From contig JBHGNT010000005.1 of NCBI GenBank assembly GCA_043228905.1, positions 992,001-1,056,000 on the forward strand: a DNA stretch of 64,000 nucleotides. Reading direction: 5' to 3'. The notes under the pieces were generated by a model. It was given only the letters and a program-made list of their open reading frames with translations. It made no database searches and had not been told where the DNA came from. Each line of letters begins with the position of its first letter. Within the stretch, counting starts at the first letter, position 1. This document shows positions 1-14,020 of this stretch, in pieces. This DNA is from Azolla caroliniana. Taxonomy: Eukaryota; Plantae; Polypodiophyta. The position numbers and the translations under genes are program-made.

Positions 1-457
1 TATGGAAGATTGACACCGAGGTGAACATCGTCGATTGCCTGACAAAGCCACTCCCAGATCAATGCTTCGGAGCACTAAGGACTAGAATGGGACTATGATA
101 AGCGACCGAGTAGAAGAAAGCCGAACGAGGAACATAAGGTAAGAGTCGACCGAATCAATCATGATAATGAGCCAGGCTAGGCTCGACACAGACCTCACCT
201 CTGCTGACTCGGCCATATGTTGACCGACTTGTAACTTAAATTTAGATTAGTTTTGTAATCGAAGTCTACGGGGGAGATAACCCAAACACTTGTACATGCA
301 AGAACAAGTAGTCCTTTTACGGAGGAGTTTGTTGGCATAAAAGGCCGACTCCTTTCATTTTGTATCCTAGTGTGAACTCGTCCAAAGAGTTAGGGCTTAG
401 TATATAAGTGATAACCTAACGTTGTAAAGAAGGTCTTGATCATTCTTGTATTGTGTC

Positions 458-493
<36 letters not shown>

Positions 494-586
494 TAATAAC
501 AAAGCTTCCATTAAAGCTTAAACCGTGTATATCCTCTGTTTAATCTTTTGTCTCCCTTTTGCGTTGTTTGCTGAACACATATGACA
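1..586 (+). mobile_element. 3' end of a Ty1/copia LTR retrotransposon (RNase H C-terminus, PPT, 3' LTR ~330-586)
   Basis: Frame from nt 3 reads WKIDTEVNIVDCLTKPLPDQCFGALRTRMGL* (copia RNase H end, xDxLTKPL). Purine tract ggaggag precedes TGTTGG at 330; tatataag box and (GA)n inside; ends ...atgaCA at 586. Confidence 0.8.
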
Positions 587-1600
587 GATCCTCACACATA
601 CGTTTCCGCGCATATCTGACCTTCACTTACCGAGTAAAGCCTTACTTTGGTGAACCGGATCCACCAGCCCACGTACACCTTGATTTTTCACCTTGATCAA
701 ACAACTCCACGCCACTTTAGTTGACGTTGTCTCATGGTCTCTACCCAACCGAAGGAACCCTCTCACCATTGCATTAATGTTTTTGATGCAAGCTTTGTCT
801 AACATCCAACATGCCAACGAGTGCCACATGGTGGCCAGCAAAATGTGGTTTATCACAACCACTCTACCTGCAAGGGAAAGCTTACTAAGGCCCATAACCA
901 AAGCATTTTTTTGATTTTGTCTTTCACTTGCTCAAGCTGGTGATTTTTCTGAATCTCAACTCCCACCAAAAAGCCCAAATATTTAACAGTCATTCCATTG
1001 GGGACCCATTGAAAATCAGCATTAGGGCACCAAAGCGGCCATGGGTTTGGACTTACCTAGAACCCTCTACTCTTGTTCCAATTAATATTCCCTCCTAATG
1101 CTTTACAAAATAGCTTAATCCGTCTTTCGGTTTGCTGTAAATTAACGTCATTGCCTTGCAGATAGAGCATAATGTCATTTGCATACGTTGAGTCTAACAA
1201 ATCCTTGCGCGCATGTGGGACAACTAATCCCCTTATTCCTGCATTCGGTATGTTTAAAAGAAAGAGAATGCCTCTAAAATAAATAAATAAATGTAGGGGG
1301 CCAATGGGCACCCCTACCTGACAGACCTGCATAATGGAATTGGTAGGCCCTGATGCCCTAACACCAACACCCTACTCAAGCTTCGTTTGTAAAGGTCCAA
1401 CGCAACTGATCACCATTTTGAGGGTAGTCCCAACCTCTCCATGACTTTGTTTAAAAAAGCATGAGACATGCAATATGTTGATTGGTTTTCTTTGCCAAGG
1501 CAATCACATCCCAAAAGGTCAACACATTATCAATTATACATCCATTTTCCATGAATCTTGTTTGTCCAACATTAATTAGTGCATGCAAGTGGGGTTTGAC
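587..1600 (-). mobile_element. Degenerate LINE (L1/Tx1-like) reverse transcriptase fragment
   Basis: Minus ORFs contain STYANDIMLYL (YADD-like), INWNKSRG, LSLAGRVVVINHIL and KVAWSCL..K.QG.G motifs typical of plant non-LTR ORF2; broken by stops and frameshifts. Confidence 0.8.
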
Positions 1601-3306
1601 CCTATGAAGTTCTTGCCCTTAATAATGTAGGCTTTGTCATGAACTAATGATTGGCTCGATATGTCTTATTTATATACGATTTTGGTTCCTCCAAAGGAAC
1701 TATAGAGTGAGGCAAGTATAACCAACATTAAATCTTGTTTTGGGATGTTCACTTCAATCAAGCCTTGACACATTCTTATACAATGACCCTATGGTTTTTA
1801 TGAAAATGATTGATTCTCATCCGTCCTACAAATACATCAATTGCGGTGCATCCCAATTCCTATGATTTCTAGATTTTGACGATGCATTTTATATTTAATA
1901 ATGATTACTTAGCGGAGTCGTAATGTTCCAAACAGTTACGACTACGTGAACTTCAAGACATAACTACTCTTATCACTTGACCCTCATCCTAAATCATGAT
2001 TTGGGATTTAGAGCCACCCTTCATTTTCTGTGTAACTGTAAGTGTTGTCTTTAATAACTATTTGTTATCCCAAGTACATATTACAAAACACGTTTTGTTC
2101 GTGTATCCACTTCTTCTCCTTTACTCTTCCAAAGTTTCTCCAAAAAAGCAAGGAGAAGTATTTACACGGACACCTCGTGAGATTTTCTCCCGTACAAATA
2201 GCTTAATATTTTACTCATTTTAAGATGCAAGCTTCAATTTAATACATGAGGGACGAAAAGAGTTCATTTTTTACTTACCCGAAGATAGGGATACACTACT
2301 TTTTAATAGCTCCTAGTTTCTTTGTAAAGTGAACGATCTATTTAAAAGAAATTTTTTAATGCCCCATCTCTCTGTCTCTCTATGATTCCAAATATGTGGA
2401 AGCCATTCCATCCATATTGGAAATCAAACAACATTAAAGGAAGCCCCCCTATTTTTTACCACAAAAACCAACATGAAACAAAAGAAAAAATGGCACAAAA
2501 AAACACAAGCTAAAGTGAGAGGTTAGAAGATAAAAAAGGATCGGCAAAAAATAACATGAAAAACTCGCTCATGACAAACAATAAAACAATTTGTGAACTA
2601 GGAAATTGTCAAGTACTTCACAACTTTAATTGGGAATAAGTCACCGAGCAAAAATGACAAGGCCATGGTATAGCCAAAAAACAATAAACATGTTACATTA
2701 CTAAGGTTAAAAGTTAATGTCTTTAAAGAGAAGAAAATTGTAGCTATTAATCTTCGAAAATACTACATTTGTTTTTCCGATGGACTTGGTGTCTCTAGTA
2801 AATTATTCTATAAGGTAGTTTTGTATCAATTGTTTATAGACATTATATATACATATTTATGCAACAAACCAAGATTGCATTCACTCATTGTGACAACCAA
2901 TTATTTTTTCTAATTACCCCAATTCTACATTATCAATACCATATAATCGGGCTTAAGGTCGTTCAAGGTACGAGGTTCTCAATGTTTGATGTGGCCTTCA
3001 CTAAGAGCTCTTTTATTCGAGACACACATGCCAAATTTAGGAGATACATATATGTTGATAATGGAGAAGAGAATGAATCTGTACATGTTTTCAAGGAAAA
3101 TAAAATCTTGCACGAGACCATTGTTTTTTCTTTTTCCAAAATGAAACTACTTTCCCATTAGTTAGGAAGGATTATTACAAAGAGACTGTACAAGGAGGCT
3201 TATACATAGAACGGGGAATCTCCCTCCGATCAGGTTCAAGTAAATTGTGTACATTTGTAACCAATTCTACGCAGGTGTTGAATGTGCATAGTTTTAAGAG
3301 AGAACG

Positions 3307-3611
3307 TTAGACTCTAGAATTGGAAGTGATGTCTTGGTAGAATGGTGGATAAAATGTGACAAATGTATAAAGAGAGCACATTAAATAGATGTAAAAACAC
3401 ACACACAAAAAAAGCACAACAAAATTTACTTGACACACGTGGTATCATGTTGGGTTTAGGGTTTAGACTCTAGAATTGGAAGTGATGTCTTGGTAGAATG
3501 GTGGATAAAATGTGACAAATGTATAAAGAGAGCACATTAAATAGATGTAAAAACACACACAAAAAAAAGCACAACAAATTTTACTTGACACACGCGGTAT
3601 CATGTGGGGTT
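3307..3611. repeat. 156-bp tandem direct duplication
   Basis: ttagactctagaattggaagtg... starts at 3307 and again at 3463, nearly identical. Confidence 0.9.
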
Positions 3612-4342
3612 AATAGAAAAGAGGTGACCTTTCTTTTTGGAAAAAGAAAAAAGAGGTGACATTTTTTATCTTGAGAACCTTTACATACAGAAGAACAAGG
3701 ATATGCCTTGTCTTGTATGCATACTCCAAATTCTTATTAATTCTATGGGAATATCGAGAAATCTCTTGATGTACATAAAATAAATCCTACTAAAAAAGCA
3801 CGCAGAAAAAAATACTCTCTTTAAATGTATAGAAAAAAAAGCACGCGACTTGGTTTGTGTGGAACGTAAGACTAGTCTTAGGCCCCATATATTAGTTTTA
3901 AGAAGACCTAATTAAGATGAGGTATTTGGAAGGAAGGATTATTGTAATCTAATAACGGTCCTGAATTGTAGATCGTCTTTCAATGATATTATTTATTTTT
4001 GGCGGTGGTCATGGTGAGTTCAAAGTGAATGGGATGCATGTGCGTGTAAGGAACATTGGAAATATCTTTTATCTTCAATGGCCATACTATATAATGAACG
4101 ACTTTTTCTCTAAAGCAATTGAGGCTTAGGACAAAAATGGACATCTGTAATGTGGCACGAGGTCGACGAAAATGTTGAGAAAAGGTTGCGTGAGACGAGA
4201 GAAGTGTGAACATGTATGCCCCCCCCCCCCCCCCATCTCCTACGTGCTTATCCTAAAGACTAGTAGAATACTTTATGAGTAAAGAAGGGGAAACCCAAGC
4301 AAGTTATTGTACCATTATAAAACATCCAAAGGAGGTGAAGAC

Positions 4343-7300
4343 ATGGTGCTACACATTAAGGGAGGAGGCTCCATTAGCCTGCATTACAACACTTCAACTA
4401 CTAGTAGCTCTATTCCCTTATTATCACCATCATTGTCATTATCGCTATCATTGCCAATAGTGTCGAAGAGAGAGAGCGGTGACCTAATACTGCCGTGGGG
4501 TAAGAAGGCCAATCTAGGGGCTTATAGGGGTGGTGGTAACATTCACAAGGTGAGCAATCTCGGTAAGAAGGCGCGGAGGTTGAATTGTCGTGGTAGCATT
4601 AGCGTCGTGACAATGGCGGGAGGAACGAGCAAATCTGAAGAGGAAGGCGCGTCGAGTTTCGTCACGTGGACGGGGAGTGTCTCGGTGCAGAGGCCCAATT
4701 TCTTGGTGTTCAACAACTTTGTGGCGGATGTGTCGGACCGCGTCAAGGATTTGTTCGGGTCCCGAGTCAACCTATGGCTCGTGAGTGTCGATCCTGAGGA
4801 TCCGACATCGGGTGAGCTCTCTCTCATAAGGCTCAAGCCATCTTCTTCCATCTATCATGCTCACACTCACTTTCCATCCTTTTTTTTGGGGGGGGGGGGG
4901 TCCTAAGGGTGTCATATCTACCCCCATTCTTTTGACATTAAATCAATGGTTCAATCCTCCTAGAAGTTCCATGGCCTCTCATGATAATGAATCAATTCTA
5001 AGGCTCAATGGCCTCCATCCATTCAATTCAGTCTCACTAATCAAATTCTTCTCCTCCTCCTCCCCCATTCATCCATGCATTCATCAATCCATTCTCTAGT
5101 TAATTCATCTCTCATGATGGGCCTCCCTCTCTTTTCTTCTTCTTTGTGTGGTATGCCCATAACTAATTGATATTCTTTTTCGTGACTTGCTTCACATTCG
5201 GCTCGGCCCGCCCGCTTTGGATGAGTCCCCCTGCCGCCGACCTGCCGATTTTCGCAGAACATTACTGCGATTTAATATCTAGAGTTTAACTATCTTGTAT
5301 GGGTGCTTCACCTTAGTAGTGCTCAAAGTTGTCTCTACTCAGCTGCTACTCTGCCCCAATCCCTAACCCTATTTGTTATGCTTTTCTTCTTATGTCAGTT
5401 GTTTCTCACAAATGAATTAAACCTGACCATATATCCTTTCAATGCTACCTGGATAGATACCTACCTGACTATATGTCAGTTGCCTTTCACAAATGCATTA
5501 AACCTGACCATATTATGTCCTCTCAATGCTACCTGGATAGATATCTAGCTGACCATATGTCAGTTGCCTCTCACAAGTGCATTAAACTTGGCCATGTTAT
5601 GTCCTCTCAATGCTACTTGGAAAGATACCTACCTGACCATATGTCATTTGCAATGCCTAGTATTATATCGGGTGGATGGGGTTCTAATTACAATTTCACA
5701 AGAGTGGTAAGACATGGTAGAACTTCTACAACCTAAAGGAAGGGTTGCTGTAGTCATTAAAGTTACATGAGTATAAAAATGAGTTTTGTCAAAGAACTCG
5801 AGAACATACTCGATCCGACACAATATAGCGCTTGGCTGAAGAACAAGTTGATCAAGATTGGGAGCATTATCTTTAACATTAGGTCATCATGTCAAGCACT
5901 TAGCTTTTCTTCGATATTCTATTTTGGGCCCTTTTATCATGCCATCCATCTTTCTGTAATTCAAGTGCTTCCGATTGAGAGATAGCAAAGCAACCAAAAA
6001 TAAACTTACACAAAGATTTTTTGTTCTTTATGTGGTTTCCTAGATCTTCGTATGTGTGTGTGTGTGTGTGTGGACATGCATTATACCTATAGGTTATATG
6101 TTGTTGTGAAAGTATGATCAATAATGTAAGATAGTGATATGTACATTCATATTATTCGAGCTTTAACTTTTAACTTTTCCTTCTTTGTCTTCATAACCGT
6201 CATCATCTACATCTTCAACTTTGTGCCACACACACACACACATTACTAAAGCCACGCCCTTGATGACTAAATGCAAAACATTAATTGTAATGTCAACCCC
6301 TTTGGTTCATCAACATGATAGAGTATAGAGTAGTTGCCCTTGAAGAGTAGAAAAAGTGTTTCCAACAACATAATATACTCCGACTATGTGGAATTAACAA
6401 ATGGTCTTGGTTTCCTCTCCATGGTATGGAATATATTCCTTTTAATTTTTTATTATTTATGGTGCGTGTTTCCATGCATGCTTTAGGGACAGGAGAAGGC
6501 AAGCGCAGTTCTCCGGCTTATCTCGAAAATTGGCCTACTGGACCTGCTAGGTTCTTAGCAGACCAAGAGACTCAATATCGTATTCACTTCAAAGTTGAAA
6601 AGGACTTTGGCATTCCTGGAGCCATCCTTGTGGAGAATAACCATTCCTATGAGTTCTTGTTGAAAGAGATCAAATTAGAGCTACAAAATGGGTCGCAAAC
6701 GATCACATTCACGTGTAATTCATGGGTGTACAAGCCTACCATCGCCGGAGATCGTCGGATATTCTTCAGTAACAAAGTAAGTTTTGTACTCTAGATTGCA
6801 CATCTATTTAGAGCTAATACATAAAGTGTCACTATATTTGTTGTTGAGCACATAATGATATTTTATAATCACTATATTTGCATTTATGTGTTTGTGGACA
6901 TCTTGCACATGCATTTAAAGAGTAATTAAAAGGTGACGCCTCCTTCAAAACTTGATTCAACACCCTTTTCTTTTTAAAAAGATTTTATTGATCCTAGTCG
7001 ATTACCTCCTCTTCATATTTTATTTCCCCTTGACTAGCACCCTCCACAATTTTATCTTCTATTAGGTTACTCTTTATTTTTGTGTCAAGGACAACACTAA
7101 TTTTGGTATCTCCTCAAACAACTTAACCTTGATCACTTTTTGAGACTAATACAAGACCTCCATATATATTTATTTATATGGTGCCATTGTGGATCACCTA
7201 CTTTTGTGCCATTGTGGTTCACAAAATACCTCTTCTTGAAAGGTCAAATCTATTCCAAGTGATGACATAAGGATCCATGAATTAATGTCATCTTTTATTT

Positions 7301-10300
7301 ATGCATTCCATTTCACGCAACTACAAATGTGACATACTTCAAGGAGTTCTATCTATACTAATACATTGAAAGCACAATTTCATGATTGCAATCTAAAGTT
7401 GCCTTATACAGCTTAAAACATGTTCATCATGGTATACACATATTCAATAGTATTTCCATAAACTTTTGTAGAATTACCTTCCGTCCCAAACACCACAAGG
7501 GTTAAAGGAGCTAAGAAAACAAGAGCTCAAGAACTTGCGAGGTGATGGAACAGGTGAAAGGAAGACTTCTGACCGCGTGTATGATTACGAGGTGTATAAT
7601 GATTTAGGAAATCCTGACAAAGCTATTGAGTATGCAAGGACAACACTCGGTGGCAATCCGGATTTTCCATATCCTAGGAGATGTCGAACAGGGCGTCCGG
7701 CAACAAAAGCAGGTGCTTGTTCATATGTGTACATACATACATACATTCATACAAATATACATGTGTTGACAAATTAAACGTGCAAAATAAAATTCTTTAT
7801 GCATGATGTCATGTTAAGTAATGGATCTAAATAATATATAACATAGCTATATATGTTAAAAATCATCTTTTTTCCGAGAATGACCTGGGGGCATTTAGGG
7901 AAATAATGAATACATGGGAGCAATTAGGGAAACAAAGAAGCATGTAGTTTCTTAATCTCTAATCAATAACAAATTGTTTTCATGTTTGCTTGTAGACCCG
8001 AAGGCAGAAACTCCATTGAATATCTTTAGTTCCCTCTATGTGCCTCGTGATGAGGCATTTGATCTGGTAAAAGGAAATGATTTCCTTGGATCGGGCATCA
8101 AAGCTTTCGTCCATGCTATTTTACCCTTCATCAAGCAATTCTTAAGACTCAATTTCAATTACAAATCCTTCGACGATGTTGATAGTCTTTACTCAAGTTC
8201 GGCTCTTCGAGATCTAAGAAAGAAAGCTGAAGAAAAGAAGCAAAAATTAAGCCCACGTGAAATCGAGGAATTGGAACGATTTCGAGGATTGACCGACCCG
8301 AAAGGCGGTGAAACCAAGTTGTTGAAGTTTCCGGTTCCTGAAATCATCCAAGGTATGATTAATTCTAAGGTTTTGGATAAAATAGAATTCATTAAAATGG
8401 AAGTTGTGAGTGTTTGTCAATGCATATTGTGAGCAACAACTAAAAATATTGAAAATGAAAGATTTGTGGTTCTAACTCCATTCTACTTACTCCATGGTCC
8501 ACATAGTTACTACAACTGCTTGGAGGGATGATCGTGAATTCGCTAGACAAGTGCTAGTGGGTGTTAATCCAATGGTTATAACGAGACTTGATGTAAGTCT
8601 ATATCAAGCTCTTGAAAGGTCATGAATGTATAGAATAGAAAGTCATTTTAATTGTCGAAATGTTCACATGCTAGGTATTCCCACCTAGTAGCGAGCTAGA
8701 CCCAACAATTTATGGATCCACAGCTTCATGCATAACAAAAGAAGATGTGGAAAAAAACATGGACGGAGTTACCGTGGAAGAGGTAAGAATGGTTTCATAA
8801 TGATGTACAACTTATACAATGATAACATACAATGAGAGAGTTTGAGATCAAATATTGTTGGCTACAAAGTGGGGGGCACACATGCATGTGCTTGTATAGT
8901 TTATATATTGTTTGCGCATAACTAGTATATTATTCTCTATGAAAGCACACAACCAAAGATCAAGTAGGGAAATGAATGAAAAGCAAAGGAAATTTTCTCT
9001 AAAATTGAAATAAACTACCCTTTTCTAGGCTTTGGAAAAGAAGTTGCTCTACATTGTGGATTATCATGATGTACTACTACCGTACATCGAGCGTATAAAC
9101 AAGGAAAAGGGGAAAATGTATGCAAGTAGAACAATTTTTTTCCTAAGGAGCGACGGGACCTTGAAGCCTGTGGCGATTGAATTATGTCTTCCACAATCAA
9201 GCGATGGCCAAGTGGCCGCAAGTAGGAGAGTCTTTACGCCTCCCACGACATCAACATCAGATCCTTCATGGGAACTAGCTAAAGTTCATATGGTTGTGAA
9301 TGACTCCGGATACCATGAACTTGTAAGCCATTGGTGAGTACATTCCCTAAGGTCGAATCCTTCTTTGCTCTATATGTGGAGTGAACTCTTTCTCTCTCTC
9401 TCTCTCTCTCTCTCTTTGTGAAAACATACAATTAATTCCCTTATGTTTAGAAAAAGTTGTCTAGTTACAACTTACATATCATCAATAAAATGAATATTGA
9501 GTGAATGGACATGGAAGAGCTCTACCCTCACTTGTTTCTTACTCCAATAATAATCATAGTAATGCTACATTTGTAGGTTGCGAACTCATGCAAGCATAGA
9601 ACCTATAATCATTGCGACAAGGCGCCAATTGAGTGCAATGCACCCAATTTACAGTCTCTTGTTACCACACTTTAAAAACAACATGAGAATCAATGCAACC
9701 GCACGCAACAATCTTATCAATAGTTTCTCTGGGTCTATCATCGACGGTGGCATCATTGAATATAGTTTCACACCTGGGAGATATTCCATGGAATTGAGCT
9801 CCAAAGCTTATAAGAACAATTGGAGGCTCGACCAAGAGTCACTCCCAGCTGATTTGATCAAGAGGTACTAATTTAATTAAGCAGTTCTTTAGAGTAATCT
9901 ACTTCTACTATTAATAAATCCTAAATTATATATTTCCTTGAAGTTTGTTTCCTAGTTCTATTTTAAATGTTGATCATGATACACCTTACATCAAACCCAT
10001 TTACTCGAGACACAATATTCAATCTTAAAATAAGTTACAGGTCTACGTTTGTAAAATCATAAAGCAAACATTTGATAAATCCGAATCGGAAGTTCATGGC
10101 TAAAGTATTTTTTTTTCAGTTGTTCCGTTAAATCTTAACATTTGAAGCCGTTTTTTTAATGTTTTTTCTTTTGATGCCAGGGGTGTAGCTGAGGTGGATC
10201 CTAGTGCCAAACATGGCTTGAAATTGCTCATTCCAGACTACCCCTATGCCGTGGACGGGCTCGACATTTGGGACTCGATTAACAATTGGGCGCACGATTA

Positions 10301-10961
10301 TGTGAGAATCTTCTATCCACAAGATTCTGATGTGGCAGATGATGTGGAGCTCCAATCCTGGTGGGCCGAGGTCCGCTACGTAGGGCATGCCGATAAAGCA
10401 CTGGAGACATGGTGGCCTTCCCTCAAGACTTGTCAGGAGCTAGGGGACGTGGCGGCCACCATTATGTGGCTCGCATCGGCGCACCATGCTGCAGTTAACT
10501 TCGGACAATTCGGTTATGGTGGTTACCCACCCTCGAGACCCTCCATGAGCCGTCTCTTTGTGCCCGAGAAAGGCACCCCCGAATACGAGAAGCTTGTCAA
10601 AGATCCCGACACTTACTTCTTTAAAACCATATCATCGGGCCCCCAGAGCTTGATTGTGATCGCCACACTCGAGATCTTGTCTAACCATGCCCCCAACGAG
10701 GAGTACATTGGTGATGCCACTCCGGCCATCAATGATACTGTGAATCAAGCCGTCCAAGCGGCCCTTGAAAAATTCAAGTCTCGCCTCCGTGAGGCCGAGA
10801 GGGCCATCAAAGAACGGAACGATGACCAATCCCTCCTCAATCGGGAAGGTATCAGTGGCATCGATTACGCGATTATGTTCCCTACATCTGGTCTCACCAA
10901 GGATAAGAAACCAAAGTCTGGTCTCACTGGCCGCGGTATACCAAATAGTGTTTCCATATGA
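4343..10961 (+). CDS. LOX: Lipoxygenase LOX-A, predicted plastid 13S-LOX, 9 exons (4343-4811, 6487-6776, 7472-7712, 7996-8352, 8507-8592, 8675-8782, 9029-9333, 9577-9864, 10181-10961), ~974 aa
   Basis: All introns are GT-AG with consistent phases (2925 nt total). Motifs: PLAT domain [51 protein letters not shown]-terminal GIPNSVSI. N-terminus is Ser-rich. Start at 4343 rather than 4613 is inferred. Confidence 0.93.
5391..5648. repeat. ~84-bp intronic minisatellite (3+ units) in LOX-A intron 1
   Basis: tatgtcagttg...aatgctacctggatagatac units start at 5391, 5472, 5556 and partially at 5640; LOX-B has two units at ~43128-43280. Confidence 0.85.
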
Positions 10962-13874
10962 AGACATTTCTTTCTCCCAACTCTCCATTCTCCAATGTAT
11001 GATAAAAAAATAAACATCTGTTGATATGCTCTCATTGGTAATTCGTAAGCCTTTCATTTTGTGCTCACATGGTATGTGATCTGTTCTCTTTTCATTGTCC
11101 TACCCTTTCTCTCCTTGTTGCATACCCACCCACTTTCATTTCTTCTTTGTACATTTTTGGGACTTCTTAGGGGCACATGTTATAATGCACCAAGTTCACA
11201 CGTGCTCCCTTGTGGGCACCAATTTGCATGCTCATTGTAGGATCAAATTGTATGAAAAGTATAAATGGCAAAGGATATCATGCCAAAGAGATTTAGATTA
11301 TTTGAACGTTGATCCACTTATGCGTGTAATGAGATTGGAACACAAACTATATGTGACATGGATGAATCCATGTATTGTATGGAGCATCTCTTAGTAATAT
11401 ATGAGATAGAATCACATACATCTTATGAGATAGAATCGTTATTTCTAAATCAAATAGTCATTACAAAAGCCTACACATTCTATGGATGCCTATAATGATG
11501 CTAGAATATTTTATCTCGTGTGGTTAAACTTGGAAAACCCAAATATATTAAGAAGGAAACGAACCATCTCTATACATATTTGTTGTACATAATAATGTAT
11601 TCCCTTCAAAGGAAATTTGTTCCAGAAGCTTTCTTTGAAAATGAACCTTCAAGCATCAAGGATACCCCTTAGTTTGATCCATTTTTCAAATTGATCTCCT
11701 TCAAAGTCCCAGTCCCTTGACTAATGTGGGTATTCCTTGAAAAAGATTACAACTTTTTCCTCTCCAAAAATGGCTATGTCCTACTCATTTGTGAATAATT
11801 GGTACATCAAGATGAAACTATGATGTAAGTTCTCAAATCAAGAATATTGACCATTTGCCCCAACCACACATCGCATTATATAGTTGACTATGAGCATTAT
11901 AATAAGTTGTCCTAAAAAAAACAATGTTTGTCATAATCCAGTGTGAAAGGATTGTTTGAAAGGTTGAAAAGAGTTACAGAGAAAATCTTGAGAATACTTT
12001 TGAAACTTGAAGAACATACAATCAATTCAAGCTTTAAAAATTTTATTCAATAGCAAGATAATTTGACTACAATTGTACTATTATGTACTATTAAGATAAT
12101 TTATACGAGCATACCAATCAAGCATTAAGACGAGAAGAAAGTCTTACACTTCCTTTGTACAACCTCTTTACAACATTGTGTAATCCTTACCTTAATCCCA
12201 CAATAATAATTTGGCCTCTTTATTTTGTAGGGTCATACTATACATTGGGCAAATAAGTTCCTATGGGTGGCCCATGAATGCCAAACTCGTGAAGTGTTTG
12301 TTGTGACATAAACGTTTCTATATGTACAATCTCATCGATTAAATTAATGTGTACAACCTAACTTTGATGTTATCGATCACACCAATGACCAATGCCAGTG
12401 TTACCTTCCTCATTTCTTTAAATTCCACATACAATTTAGAATGACTTGGTTTAAGATGATTGGACCCCCAACAATATGGCTATGATCTTAAGTTAAATGC
12501 TAGTATTTATGGTATGATGCTAGGTTCATAGACATGTATAGGTGTACACATATAGATATATAATACTTGTATATCTTTCTTTGTAAATAGGTGTATGCAT
12601 AGACTTGTGTAGAGATATTTCTATGTGTGTGTGAGTGTTTAGAGACACCCAGGGATGTTTAGATATATATGGCATATTATTGTGAATATTCATAATTTTG
12701 TTTTATCTTTCCATATGCATGTGTATGAACATATTCATATGATTGTTCTTGGCACCTATTTTACTCCTCTCATAAAGGAAGAGTAAGTTTCGCAATGTCT
12801 CTAAGGAGGCCAATACACAAGATTTCTTGTTTTCTTGTTTGAGAAATAAAATTAACAAACACAAGATATAAAAAGGTAAATTTGGTCATGTGGACTCGTT
12901 CCAAAGCCCCAAAGGACAAGACACCTCATTTTGATTGTACTATTGTGCTTGAGTAGTTCCAATTAAAGCCCTGAATGCTTCCCAATGCTGGCTCTTATTT
13001 GTTTGTAGAGAGGGTTTGCCATTCTTCTCCAACTACAACAATGGGGGAAGGGGAGACAAGTTTTGGTATGTTTGGTATGTCAATGGAACCAAGGTATATA
13101 GCCATTTCTATTTTGATTCCACAACTATTTCGAACATCAATGCCACAAAAGGGAAAATGTCGATAATTGATAAATTAACTATTTCAAGTAGGTGTCACAT
13201 AACAGAAAGTAGTCCTAGTTAATACACTACCTATTTTAAGTATCAATATCACAAATAGTTGTTTGCCAAAGAGTATTATTCCTGCAACTTTGAGTTGGAT
13301 GAGTGGGTGCATATTGAAGAACACCACAAAGACTCGAATAACACCACAAAGGCACTAATTGGGCACCCTAAAACTATTGGGAGCCAATATTGTAACATTC
13401 ATTTCCTTGTTTTCACAACAATTAAACCCTAAACCTCATAGTTCTTGAGATCTTTTAAACACCTTCATTAAAGGAACCTCATGTTTTAAATTAGCCACTT
13501 TTTTCTTAATTGAATTACATAGACCGAGAAATTTCATGCAAACATCTGAGCCAATTGACTAACATTATTCAATAGAGACAAATACTCTACATTGTCGAGA
13601 TGACCCAAATAAACTTGAATGTATTAAACATAACTAATAACTAGATTTTTTGAAATGAATGATGATTGTATGTACAAGGATGTGGATGTGGATGTGGGGA
13701 TACACACATAATAATGATGCCAATGTTGGATCGATTCACATTGTCCAAATACTACTAAGTGAGTGATGCAAAGTAGATTGTATGTACAAGAATGTGAGCA
13801 TGGGGACATATACACTTACAATAAAGCCAATGTTGGCAAGACCAATGGTACACCAATCAATTTTGTCTTACAAT

Positions 13875-14020
13875 CAATCGGTGATACATTCAACTTGCAT
13901 GGTGGGTTGGAAGTTTGTTCTGTCGGTCATCTCATGTGTCATTAGAGTTATGTGCACTTGATGTGCTACCTTGGGGGAAGATGTATTCCTCATTGCATTT
14001 CTATAAGACATTACCTGAAT
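13875..14020 (-). pseudogene. Truncated copy of the last exon of the convergent gene at 60553-63011
   Basis: Minus frame VMSYRNAMRNTSSPKVAHQVHITLMTHEMTDRTNFQPTMQVECITD matches 60819-60680; no upstream exons are seen here. Confidence 0.7.

Noticed and set aside
4275-4460. Conserved upstream ORF (also at 36694)
   Set aside because: Its ATG lies upstream of the TATA-like box, and its conservation is explained by the recent duplication.
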